Under the pieces are notes generated by a model. The model was given only the letters and a program-made list of their open reading frames with translations, was not told the DNA's origin and did no database searches. Source: Balanoglossus misakiensis (lineage: Eukaryota > Animalia > Hemichordata). From it: a stretch of DNA of 64,000 nucleotides. Both the position numbers and the translations under genes were made by a program. Position 1 is the first letter of the stretch; the number at the start of each line of letters is the position of its first letter. The stretch covers positions 9,809,656 to 9,873,655 of the forward strand of contig CM082583.2 of the NCBI GenBank assembly GCA_040954595.2. Reading direction: 5' to 3'. Positions 13,101-26,400 of this stretch are shown piece after piece.

Positions 13101-16100
13101 CATCAGGACAATAAAAAATGGATGAATGTTTAAACAAGGAAATATGACAGTGATTGAAGGATAATGGATTGATGTGATTGTTCTTGTATGAAATACAAAG
13201 TTATGAATCATTTATTGAATTTGTCTGAAATTTCTAATTTTCTTTTCCGCAGCACTGGTCATATGAACAAGAAAATGGAAAAATACAAGAAAGAACTTGT
13301 AAAACGTGAGTACAAATCCATGGTTACTGTGCCAAAGGTGATAAAATTTGCCACAGATACTGATTCCATATCTCAACTTTATTTCACATTCCAACCCTTC
13401 TGCTCTTACAGTGGAGAGACAACAGAGCCAACTGAACGAATGGTACAAACAACAAGAATCCAAGGTGGCGGATATTCAGGAGATCCATTCGGACAAGACG
13501 CAGGAACAGGAAGACGAAGGGGTCATCATGGACAGAGAAGAAGATATGTCCAGAGTGGAGGTAATCTGACCTCGGGTCAAGAAATAGGGTTCTCTTTTTG
13601 AACCAGTCAAATTACTACAGTGGATGCTCTTTTTTTTCTCATGTGATCTATGATGTGATGTATGACAGTCTGCTTACTGAAATATTGAAATGTGTTAATT
13701 CGAAGGGACTGACTTCTGTCCAAGTAGACAATTATAGTTTGACATTACGTTTTTTTGCTGGGTTCACAGAAAGAGTTGGACAGCAGTGAACTTGAACCGT
13801 GGCTGATCAAGGAAATGGATAATTGTATCACAGATGCTTGGCTTAAAGGAAGTGAAGATTCATTTGCTCAGTTGTTTCATCTGATCCACAGTGAGAATGT
13901 CAGTGGTAAGTTGGAGATTCAGTGTGAATGCCTGTGGTATTTTATAGCATTATTGTATATACAGTAGAAAGGTGAGAAAAATATTGAAACTTTGTCGCAG
14001 TCTTAAGCCAGTATGATAGTTTTGAAGAACACAGGATTTTTTTTCTTTTGGGGACAGTCGACTACACGCACACGGAGACAGGAGCCACCGCGCTGATGGT
14101 GGCTGCGGGCAGAGGCAACGTTGATGTGACAGAGAAACTACTGAACCTGGGTGCCAACGTCAGCGTCCGGTCGTCCAATGACTGGACAGCTCTGGACTGG
14201 GCCAAGAAGTTTAACAGAAGTGATGTGGTTGAGTTGCTTGAGGCTCATATGTGAGTTACATGTACAGTATTATGGGAGGGGGGGGGGGATAAAATATTCA
14301 AAACATATCTGAGAACACAGGCGGTGATGATGAAGTGTCTGAATACAGTCAGTCATTTTCAAACTGGTTTAAAGGGACACACCTTTCAAAGCTTTGCTTT
14401 TCATTATTTTTTATCACATTTGAAGTCTTTGTCTACCCTTTGCAATTTCAGCACTGCAACTGAGCTGTCGTGCAGTGACGAGACAAAACTGGTCAGCGAA
14501 TCGAAAGACATCAGCCAGGAAGACAAAGAGCTGCTGTCCATATACCATCACAGTTTTGATGATGAGAGAGTGGATCTGGATCTAATCGTCAGCCTTCTCA
14601 ATTACATCTGCAGCTTTTCTGAAGAAGGTAACGTCTTCCGTTGTGATGTCATTGATATTTTGGTTCTCTGATGTGGGCAACATTTATTTCACTGTTTATT
14701 TTCTCATGAATATAAGTATTGTTATTGGCAAAAAAATGTTATGCCATTCATTGACTTCTCAACTCTCTGTTATATACATATCTTCCTCCCACAGGAGCAG
14801 TGTTAGTGTTTTTGCCGGGCTATGACGAGATCGTGACCCTGAGGGATAGGTTGCTCTGTGACGAGAAGAGATTTGCCAATTCCAGCAGATACGTGCTCTA
14901 CACAATGCACTCCAATATGCAGACACAAGACCAGAAGCGGGTCTTCAGAACTCCGCCCAGAGGCTGCCGGAAAATTGTAAGCAACTGCTGTCTTTAGTGT
15001 GAATGCTGGAAACAGTATAGGAAGTGCTTGTTGCTGATTGGTCTACAGTTATCACATGATAAAAATCAGATATATCATTGGATAACTCATATGTCTTGCT
15101 GTCAGTAAACTTCATTGTGTCCAGTCTAGTTTTGAATTTTTAATCATATGCAATATTCCTTGTAGATTCTGTCGACCAACATTGCTGAAACAAGTGTGAC
15201 CATCAATGATGTTGTGTTTGTCATAGATGCAGGCAAAGTTAAGGAGGTAGGTGAATTTGTTGTGATTTTACCTTGCAGAGAGAGTCTCTGTTACAGTCTT
15301 GCAAATTCATTATCTGTTCGGGTTGAGTTATAGATATCCTCATTTTTCTTGCAGAAATCCTTTGATGCATTGACCAGTGTGTCTATGCTGAAAAACAACT
15401 GGATATCGAAAGCCAGCAGTAAACAGAGGATGGGCAGGTAGGATGCCATTGTTGACCTTTGTGCTGTAGGAGCCATATCTTTAGCTAGAACCATGAGACT
15501 ATAGTGACGTTTTTTTTTCCATTCCTCCACAGAGCTGGTCGATGCAGGCCTGGCATATGCTTCCATCTCTTCAGTCGTGCTCGATTCCAAAGTTTGATGC
15601 AGTTCCAAGATCCAGAACTTCTGAGAGTGCCGCTCCAAGTAAGTCACAATCTCAGCTTCCTACCTGAAGGGGTCAATCGTATATGGTGCGAATTTTTGAA
15701 AGCAGTGGCTGGTCACGGTGTAACATGGAAAAATACAATAATTTTTATTCTCTTCCAAAATTAGGAGCTTTGTTTGCACACAAAGTTGCTGGCCCCATCC
15801 AACACTGCCATTGCCGATTTCCTAACCAAGGCTCCGGAACCACCATCTTTCCTTGCAGTGCGCAATGCAGTGCAGTTACTTAAGGTAATGTACTTCTCAG
15901 AAACATAATCTCTCAACAGGAAGTGCATTTGACGGCACTATAACATGCAGAATATAAACACTGTTTGAGCTTGTAATCGTCCCTTAACCCTACATAATGC
16001 ATACATTAGTTATCTTACCGTATGTAAATATCTTGCAGAGCATAGATGCGATAGATAGCTGGGAATATCTGACAGAGATCGGCCACCATCTGGTAGATTT

Positions 16101-19100
16101 GCCAGTAGAACCTAGACTGGGAAAGATGGTCCTATACTCTGTAGTGCTCAAGTGTCTAGATCCGATCCTGACCATCGTCTGTGCTCTGTCGTACAGAGAT
16201 CCATGTAAGTTCAAAAGTGTTTTTTCTTCTTCAGGGATGTTAGAAAATCCACCCCCAAAAAACTTGAGTAAACCACTTTAATATTTTCTCTGCTAGGAGA
16301 GGTATTTAATTTTAATTAACAAATGTTCTGTGTGCATTTGAATTTGTTTTCTCAGTTGTTTTGCCAAATAAACCGTCTGAGAAGCGAGCTGCGTTGATGA
16401 CAAGGAAGAAGTTTGCAGCTGGCACGAACAGTGATCACATGGCACTGCTGAGAGCATTTCAGGTTGGTTATTATTGTAGAACAATAGCTTATATTTCAAG
16501 TAAACCCACATTCTGTAGTTTTCATAGCACATGTTATTTGTAAAAGAGCTATATTTGTTTTTGTCATACATTGCATCTAGTTATGTTATGCTTACTTTTT
16601 GTGTTTTCATTTGGCATTCCTAACTAGGCATGGCAGAGAGCGAGATCTGATTCTTGGGAAAGGGCTTTCTGTGAGAAGAACTATATATCACAAGCTACCA
16701 TGGAAATGGTTGTGGGAATGAGGTATGTGAGAAGAGGAATTCCTAGTACATCAGTCAGCATACCAATGGTTTTCAACCTGTAATCATTATTCTGAAGAAA
16801 ACAACAACAAAGTAAAAACACATCTATGATTCTCATCTTCACAGGACCCAGTTACTAGGGCAGCTTAGAGCCAGTGGTTTTGTCCGAGCCAGAGGTGGAG
16901 GGGACATCAGGGACCTGAATTCCAACTCAGAAAACTGGGCTGTGGTGAAGGCTGCCCTCTGTGCCGGCATGTATCCAAATCTGATCCGTGTAGACAGGGA
17001 GCGAGTGCAACTGATGACACAGTGAGTATTAAACCCTTTCACCAACATGGTTCAGTCCAAACCCATTGTTTTCTATGGTAAGGTTGGACCTCTGTAGAAG
17101 GAACTGGGGGTGAAAGGGTTACAAAAGGAAATATTCAGATAATAAATTGTCTGTTTGCAGGAAAGAGTCTAAAGTGAGATTCCACCCGTCGTCCGTGCTC
17201 AGTCAACCTCCGATTGGGAAATCCACAGTTGCCGACGCCCATGCGCACAACGTGAAGAATCTGCCGACAGATTGGCTGATTTACGATGAAATGACAAGGT
17301 AATAATTTCTGATTCTCTTGCTTCTCTTTCAGTGAATTGAAGGTTTAAACCTAAACAGACTGTTTATATAACGTGTTTTGTGTATCACACAATGGCCTTG
17401 AGAAGAATTCAGCCATGCTGCATTTTATACGTTTATACGTTTCATAAGTTCTCTCTCTCTGTCTTTTCTTTCAGGACCCATCGCATTGCCAATGCCAGAT
17501 GTATAACCTTGCTGTCCCCAGTGACGGTGGCGCTGTTTGCTGGGCCGGCCCGACTACCCAGTGACGCTCTGACTTTACCAGATGCAGCTTTCCGCGAACC
17601 GGCCAACGACGGCCAGGACGACACAAGCAGCAGCGAAGGGGAGGGAGAAGAGGATGGAAAGAGAGCCGCACTGAGAGTGGACGACTGGGTCTCCTTTAAA
17701 CTCGATCCGGAGGTCAGGAAATACTCAAACTACACTTAAGTCAGTTCAAATCCAATTGATACAGATTTCGCCATTGTTGCTGGAAAATACTGCATGAATG
17801 AAGAGGTTTTAGATTTTTCGACAGCACAAAGGAGGGATGTTTAGTCACATCTAATGATGTATTCTGAGAACAGACAGCTTCAAGCTCCCAAATTGCACAT
17901 TCAGTTTGTGTTGTGCCATAGCAAATTGTCCGGTAGATTCTATACTGTGCAGTCCTGCTGTAGGCATTTTCCCAGAGGAAATTGCATTAGGTGAAAGTAT
18001 GTAAATTCTCTCGTGCATTCACTCTAAATTTTGAGAGGAAGTAGGCCATGCGGTTAAAAAGAAATCACTGTAATTTGACCCGTGCAAAGCCTGAAGCCAT
18101 GGGGATTTTCATCGGAGAGTAATATTTTGTTACTGAACGGTTTAATGGGAGAAAATGACTGCTATAAAGTTGAAGCTGCATTGTATCCCACAGCGAAAAA
18201 ACTGTAAAAATGGGAACTTTTTGCGGAATTCCTGAGAGCTAGAAAAACGCGAAAGATGAGAGAAAAGTCACAGACAGACATCTCATATGAAGCTTTTGTT
18301 TGAGTTGTGGAATTGTGCCTTTGGAAAGAAAAGATAACAGCTAACATATTTAAAAATTAAACGTAAGATTGTGCTCATATTTAATTTAACTAAACTCGTC
18401 TCTCCATCTCAGGCTGCCTCCTACACAATACAACTCCGCCAGAAATGGCATTCCTTGTTCCTGCGACGCATGAGGGCACCGTCAAAGCCTTGGTCACAAG
18501 TGGATGAGGTCAGTTCTCTATGACAACGGTTTAAAACAATCACTCACACCACGCTGACAGATTTTTCAGAAAGCTAAATTTCTTTACAAACATGCAAAAT
18601 TTACTAAAAAAAATACAAACAATACAACACTTGTCATGAATATAAACAAAGCATTTGCAATTTTTCTTGGCAGTCGGTGATCCGATCTGTGATAGGTGTG
18701 CTGACCAATGAAGAACAAGCTCTCGGACTACAGCAGCCAGCTGGCATTGGGCAACGGCCCAGACCGATGTGTAAGTCCAGAATTAATTTTTTTAGAAATC
18801 ATATGAATTTCTTTTTTTAGAAATAATATGTGACGTGCGATGAGTAGATCCAGCAGTTGGGGAAAATAGCTCAAAATGACATATACGAATCCCTGATACC
18901 TGTAGCTTTCATTCAACAAATAAATGAATAGGCCACATCTGATATGGTGAAAAGTGAATTGCTACAAACATCTGATGCTAAGATATCCCACGAGAAATGT
19001 GATATCCAGTGTTCCACTCTCGTCCACTGAAAACAAAAATTATGCCCTACGGAAACAGTCTGCCCATATACATGGTTGATTCATCTCCTGACCTCTTAAC

Positions 19101-22100
19101 CTTCAGCCCATTGCTATCGGTCTACAGAGTGTAAGCGTATATACACATATCATTAATAGACACCAGGTTTGCAGAATTGAAGTTGAATATAAGTCTGATT
19201 TGGCCTCTCAAGAGATTTACCAATGACGCAGGAAAATTGGCATGTGAAATTGACTTGATTAAATTATTACCAAGATGTAGAAGACTTTGAATCTGATTGA
19301 TAGTTGGTAGAAATCAGAACTTTGCAATTACATGTAAGACAACAGTCCTTTAGGTGGGTTTTACCTTCGAGCAATTTTTCCATAACTTTCATGAGCTGTG
19401 TTTTCCAGCTAATGGTACAAATGTAAGTATCCAATAATACAAAGCTCATGCGTGCATAGTGGCTTATCTTGAAGAAAAGGGATTATCCACCAAACAAAGT
19501 GCACTGAATAATGTATAAAAGCTAGACTTCAAGACTCCAGATGTCACCTGATTTAATCCCTCCATTTATAAAGTTTTCTTTTGTATTATTTTTTTATCTG
19601 CCCGCAGCTTCAGAACCAATGTCATCTCCAATTTACAGAAAGAGCTCGAGTGAGGTAGGTTGTAAATGGGTTGTGGTCGGTACTGTTTAGTTTTTTATGC
19701 GGTTCTAGGGGGCAACTGGCAAAAATCGGCCATCTTGAAATTGTGTCGACCATGTGAGATTTTTATCACTCACCTAGGTGGCCAAAACCTATTTAAGGTA
19801 GGGAGAATTGGGCAGGGTTGATGATTATGTTTATGATTATGTGGCATGTATGTTTATCTTTCTGCCTGTGTGACCATATGAAATACCACAGTTTTTAATC
19901 CAAAACTGTCGGTCTCTCACCAGAATGACTTCTCAGAACAGGACGACTCTGAGACAGGTCGAAAGCCATGGATGAAGTCGCCCAAAAGAGTCAACATCAC
20001 ACCACCCAAAGACAGAAGGCGTGATTTCAGTAAGTGACAATGATTATAGTACAGCTGTGTAATCACACTGTGCCTCATTGATTTTTTTCTGAGATGGCGA
20101 TATTACACACCACACATGCAGCTTGTTTGTATTGCACATGATGGTTTACTCATCTTGATGTCTGATTTCTGAATAATGATTTATGCAAATTAGCATTAAT
20201 CATGGCAGCCAAACCTACTAAAAACCAATCAGTTCTTCCCTTTCCAAAACCAAACCGAAACTGATGAGCTCTAGATATTGCATTCAAAGGTAAGAAATTG
20301 ATGTGCCGCAAACTCTAAATAAAATAATCAATGAGTGAAATTTCCAAAGGAAAGAAATAAAGATTTTCAATTATTTCACTCCATGTCTAGACAGCCAGTC
20401 TCTGCAAATGTCACTTGTACAGAATTCTCATAGAAGTACATTTTTGCCAATAGGGCAAAGGGAATTTTACAGAACCAGGACCTCTAAATATTTGAAGGGA
20501 ACCAGGTGCATAGCCTGTTTGTCTTCAAAATTATTTACAATTGCCTTACTTTTTAACCCAATTTGCCTACTCATACAAATTGAAAATTGCCATTTGGAAA
20601 AAATTACGGTAGATTTGACTATAAACTGTGTTTAAATGTAAATGATTACTGTATTAAGAATTCTCATTCTCTAGACAAGAACGAGAATGCCGGTCTTATA
20701 TATTCATTGTTTGAAAATTCAATTTCCTGAATATTTCTTTCGTACATACTTTGTGCTACACAGGAAGTCCAAAGCCCCATGAAGACAAGTTGTCGGGTTT
20801 CGCCAAGTCACCAAATGACAGCAGCAACACTGCCAGTTCAAGTGACAGCCCATCCCCTCCCGGTTCAGTCAAAGGTCTGGACAAGCTGCAGGCCTCAGGT
20901 CAGACGTCTCCTCCGTCAGACAAGGCCCAGCAGAACAGGTACTTCATCATGAAATGCAACAATCAGCAAAACTTGGAGATATCGCTGACCAAGGGCATTT
21001 GGTGTACCAGTGTGGGGTGTGAGAAGAGACTTAGTAAATCTTATGAGGTAAGTCAGTGACTCTGATAGAGTTTGGGAAATGGTCTATTATTACAGATATG
21101 TTGAGTTAGGTTTTTTTTAATTTTTAAAAGTTTATTATTTTGTTTCTTTGGCCTTGAAAATGTCACACATTTGAGCAACTGAAGTCTCACTCTGATTTTG
21201 TCAACAGGAGAGCAAGAATGTCTACTTGATATTCTCGGTACAGGGAAGTGGTCACTTCCAAGGTTATGCCAGAATGGCTTCCGGCATCAGTAAGGAGAGA
21301 TCTCACGAACTTGGCACGGGATCTTCTGCGTCTCTTGGAGGACTCTTCAATGTTGAATGGATCAAAAGGTCAGTGTGTGCAAATCTCCGCTGAAGGGGGT
21401 ATCAGATATCGCATTGTGGACTAGAGTGAGAGCAGTTGTTTCAAATTTTACAGCAATCGAATCTCTGAATCGTCCGTTTTTTTTACTCTCTGTAGAGCTA
21501 ACGTGTCCTTCCAGCAGACCAAAGATCTCTGTAATCCTTGGAATGACAATAAGAAAGTGAAGATTGCCAGGGATGGACAGGTGAGTATTCACATCCCATG
21601 CAAATAATTGTACGTCAGTAAAGTCGCCTTTCACCGTGGTATCCTAGTGGGCAGGTCCACCATTATCATGGAAATCAATGGAATTTAATTTAATTATGAT
21701 GATGAAGGGGTTAAACAGTTTATCTGGTATTCATGATTTTTTTTTTTTTGCATTTTATTTTCATTTTTTGCCAGGAATTGGAGCCACAAGTCGGGGACAA
21801 ACTCCTGCAGCATTGGGCGAAGGTCGAAGACTACAAACCTGGTTCCGGAGACGCTACAACGCACAGACCCGCAATGCAAACCTCACCACAAACGGCAAAC
21901 CAGGGACCCAAGGGCAATGGAAACGGAAGGGGAAATGGCCGGGGGAAGAAATCCCCTCAGTACGGCGGTGGGACCCCACCCATGACCCCACAGCAGTTCC
22001 ACAAGGGATCGCCGCTCTTAGGGAACATGCCGGCATACGGATCGCACTATCCGTCCCCGACCGGATCGCCGATCCCCCTGGCGCACTCCTCGCCCTCCCA

Positions 22101-22317
22101 CTTCCCGGGAATGGCCTTCCCGCCCAGAGGCTCCCCGCAGTACGGGGTCGGGAACGCCTCGCCGCTCTCTGCCGGCAGTCGCTCTCCCCGGACGCCCCCC
22201 GGCATGTTCCCCAAGTACGGCTCTAGAGGGAGTCCTTCACAGAGAGGCGGTTTCCAGGGCAACGGCCAACAGAAGTACAGAGGCAACGACAAGACTGAGA
22301 GCAACAAAAAACCATGA
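10194..22317 (+). CDS. YTHDC2: 3'-5' RNA helicase YTHDC2 (R3H, DExH helicase with ankyrin insertion, HA2, OB fold, YTH); about 33 exons
   Basis: First exon 10194-10294 splices in frame to 10864. R3H (ERAYIHRLC), motif [26 protein letters not shown], ankyrin repeats ([18 protein letters not shown]), [32 protein letters not shown]; YTH exons 20764-21047, 21208-21368 and 21497-21580; last exon 21775-22317. Confidence 0.96.
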
Positions 22318-23365
22318 AGTCAGTGTTAATCACTGAATACAGCCTCCCTTCACACGGAAACAACCAGCATTAATTCACTGTGGGAATTCTTTTTCATCAA
22401 ATGTTTTTTCATCAAGTATTCATCATAGTGTAAAGCATTTCACATTTTGTTCAAGGGTGTGAAGAAAGAAGACGTCACAATCTCATTTCTACAAGTCGAG
22501 AGAGAGACTAGAGGCTTGTCTCAGGCAAGGACACAGTAAAGGGTATACACCTGTCAGATACCTACGTTCTTGTTATAGATGACGTGCTGTCAAAATCCTT
22601 TGATGAAAGGTCTTTCTGATGATTCCAAAAACTTTGGATCATCCCCTGTAGTAATCTTCTCCACATATTGTTCACATATTTTATTGCCACAGTGCTGCTT
22701 AAAAATTGCATTTTACAGAGTAGCACTGCCTTTTTATGTGCCCAATTAATTCGGAGATGAGGCGCGTTATAATGCTCATTTATTGTTACTTGCTGAACTA
22801 TGGCATTTTTATTTGCATATTGCTTGTAACAGTGCGACAGTAGTTTCTGCTGAAATGCATTCAAGACTACGATTGACCCATATTTCCTATAAAATAAACT
22901 GGGATGTGTTCACCTTCGTTACAACCTATAGCTATATTGTGATAGGTACCGTAGGATAGATATAAGCCGATTTATTTCTTGCGCGGAGATGAGGGTTTTT
23001 TGGGGGAAAGTTGAAGATTAAGGTTGTTATCCCCACATTAAACTTTTGATGTCACTTCTACACAAAGGGTACAGAGATATATATTGAGAAAATGCATTTA
23101 TCACAAAACCTAGCCACAAAATATGCCACCGCTGTTCCGCGGAAATGGGAAGCCATTATTGTCCTCCAATCTTCACAGAATTTCAGGTTAATCCTCCCAT
23201 TCAAGAGTTGTCTTAAAGCCACAGTATTTCTCGTAGGGGCAAAATTTTGTTTGAAACGGCATCTATAATTTCTAAAAGTAGATGATAATTGATACTGAAT
23301 CGCACAGTCATCATCCCCAGCTCTGCTGATAAACTCATACAATTTACAATATAACGAGTGAAGAA

Positions 23366-23439
23366 TGACTTTCTGTCCGGACAGAAAGTCACGTGAGTCA
23401 GGCTAATGTTGACACACGTGACTAGTGCGCATGCGCACT
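23366..23439. promoter_or_regulatory. Palindrome cluster: 26-bp perfect palindrome, two CACGTG E-boxes and an NRF1-like TGCGCATGCGCA
   Basis: TGACTTTCTGTCCGGACAGAAAGTCA (23366-23391), GTCACGTGA and CACGTGAC, and AGTGCGCATGCGCACT (23424-23439). The sequence is certain; any function is inferred. Confidence 0.4.
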
Positions 23440-26400
23440 CAAATGTGAATCTATGCGGAAGAGGTTTGGTCGCCCCAAATCAAGCGACTCAGCGAAGAAA
23501 TGCGCACTAATTCGGCGAAATTTTGGGAAGATAACTTTATGGGAGAAATCAGTCGATGGAACCAGATCAAATCCGAAAATGGTCTGACCATCAAAATGTC
23601 AAAGTGGCACGTTTGCTGATCGACATGTACAACATTTCCGTTGTAAACAAACCCGCGCATCATTCCAAGTGTTACGGGCGATATTTTCGGCTTGCATGTA
23701 GCTACAATTGCCCAAACCTTTCTTACATCTTCATTATATAGTATTCCATGATGGATGTACTGGAAAAACGGGCTTTTTTCGATGATGAAAAATGGATGCA
23801 CACGAGAAATACTGGGGCTTTAACGAGTATTGATAATCATAACACCTGATTGAAATAACCTCAAAAAGTACTTCCATACGTCTTTTCATCATTTATTACC
23901 ACCCCAAGGGAGAAAACTCTGACCTATTTTATCCACCTATGACCCCATTTTTGATTGAGTTCGTTTTCTTCGGTCGGTTGTTTACTTCTTGTGGTTGATT
24001 TTGCTTGTGGCCCAATTAGCCTTAATTCCTCGTGTGGGGCGAAACGTTTGGATTTCTGTTGATATTGAGTACTGTAGTTGGCAGAGTGCAGATGGGTTTC
24101 GGCGCGGGCTAGTCTATGGAGAGAGTTGTTGCATATAGGCTTATTGCTAGTGAAGTCATACGGGACTTCATGATGTTTTTTTTCATACTGCTGCTTTTAA
24201 GATATAATACAAACTCGTGTAAACTGGCAGTGGTATGGTTCTACGTTTATCCCATACCCACACGCATGCGCCATGTTACCATATAGTGACGTGATTTAAA
24301 AAAAACTGGAACGAGACTATAGTTAAATTGTGAAGGCCATTTTCCGCGTACGTTCGCTTCAGGTGAAAACTGGGGGATTCGTAGAAAGTAACCTTTAATG
24401 CATCACGCTCTCTCCCGATTCTCATTTCCGCGAAGACAGACTCCCTAATAATATAAACTTTCTTACAAAATGGCAAGATTCGTACACGATCCTTAGAGTG
24501 CACATGCGTCATCAACACGGCTCACTCATAGAAACGAAACTGACCACGCCCTGGAGCGATTCATTAGAATGATTTTGCGTTCTATTGAATGCTTTTCCCT
24601 CATGAGCTTTTGAATAGAGTTCAAATGTTGAAGGTTTTCCTAGGCTTCTACGAAGCGCGCATTTGTTTCGCTTTTATTGAAATTGATGAGGAAGCAGACT
24701 GCCCGACTAGTTTCATTTTTTTTTTCTTCAAATTATCGCTAACATGCACGAATATTCTGTTGATATACTGGTGAAGGTGATTTCAGCTAAACTTGACTCT
24801 ATATTGACTATCTAAATTGAAGATGCTGTCTGGATGTCTGGATTCCGAACTATCCCAACGGTGTCCACGTAAAATGGATGACTAGTATATTAGATAGTGA
24901 AATGGTATATAAACAGGGCTTGCCTGTAGCAAGTTAAAAGAGTATTTCGTTTTGTGGTAATCTGTCCTCTAAAAGGCCGCCTGTTTTAATCACCAATTTC
25001 TGTGACGAGGTGCCCTATTTCCTGCAGGTTAATCAGGCCTTATTAATTTCGCTCTTTCTGCAAAAGCTATAGTGACGTCACAGCGAGCGGCACTTTCAAA
25101 AGACAAATTATCCCAGGGTCCCTAATCTCCGGAATCAGCGAGTATCCGACGACATTCGTGCTTATTTTTAAGCCGTCGCGAACATTTTTGTCTTTCAATG
25201 TGCGTTGTGTCCAAAAGCAAAACTCCATTAGCTGGCATTTGGGTTTAACGGAAAAAAATCGTGAAAATGATATTAAAATTTCATCGCGTGATATAGTCCC
25301 CGGCTTGAATTTTGAATATACCGATAGAAATACCTACAATGTTTTGTCCGAGCTCGAGTGCGTTCAAGTAAGGTCAATGCTGATCTGTCAATGTGTGACT
25401 TACAATTTTGATGATTTCATGGTACTTAACTACGTTATATTCAAGACTTGCCGGTCACTAACAAGGCCTAAATGATGTAAACGTCAAAGTTGTCAGCTTC
25501 CATTTCCACATCAAGCAGTGTTATTTAATTTGGATGTACTTGTTTGTTCAATTTGAGCGCCTAATGACGTCTGCCAACCAATTTAAGGCAAATGATTTAT
25601 GAAGTAAATCATGGAACTGACTTTTCCTCCTTAGTCGTGATTTCATTAACTCATTACACACAGGTGGCACATCAGATAAATATAGTTTGACCTTTTGGAC
25701 AGGTTTAGATGGTGTCCCCGCTAGGTGGCGCCCCGACTTAACTATAACACCGGAATACCTGACGTCACTACCGGCGTCTCACTGTGTTTTCGGGTTGTGA
25801 TCAGGCAGAGGATCAGCATGCACAGAATGGCCTTTTTCATAGTTTGGTGTCAAGTCGGAATGACTAGATCTAACGCTCATGTAAACAAAGGTCATCATCA
25901 TAACGATGTTTTGAACATTAATCTAAAAACCACCAAGGGTTCTTTTTGTCTTCCATATCAGCTGTTGAAGATCAACAAAACGGACTTGACCCCTGGCGAG
26001 AAAGTAGTTCTGTGACAAAGGTGTCAATACCGATTGTACAACATCTGAGCCCGCCATCTCTATGCGACTGTTTTTTCTCGTGGACAATGCTAACACAGAA
26101 ACAGGGTTGGCAAGATCATTTTTGGATCGACAGAGGCGTTTAAAATTCGTGCTAATACAGTATAAGGTAGACACAGGTAAAACTTGGATAACCAATAAGA
26201 TAATGCTCTGACAACACATATCAAACTTTATCCAGATATTGTAAAACTTCAATAACCTTTCCCTTCTATCGACCTTTTCCCGCTTCCCAAGGCTGATGAA
26301 ACCTTACGTATCACAGTTCTTAAAACAGTAAAATCCATTATAAAACGCCGAAAAGCTATTCTGTCGCGTGATCCGGGTATGATCACGATATGAACGTGCC

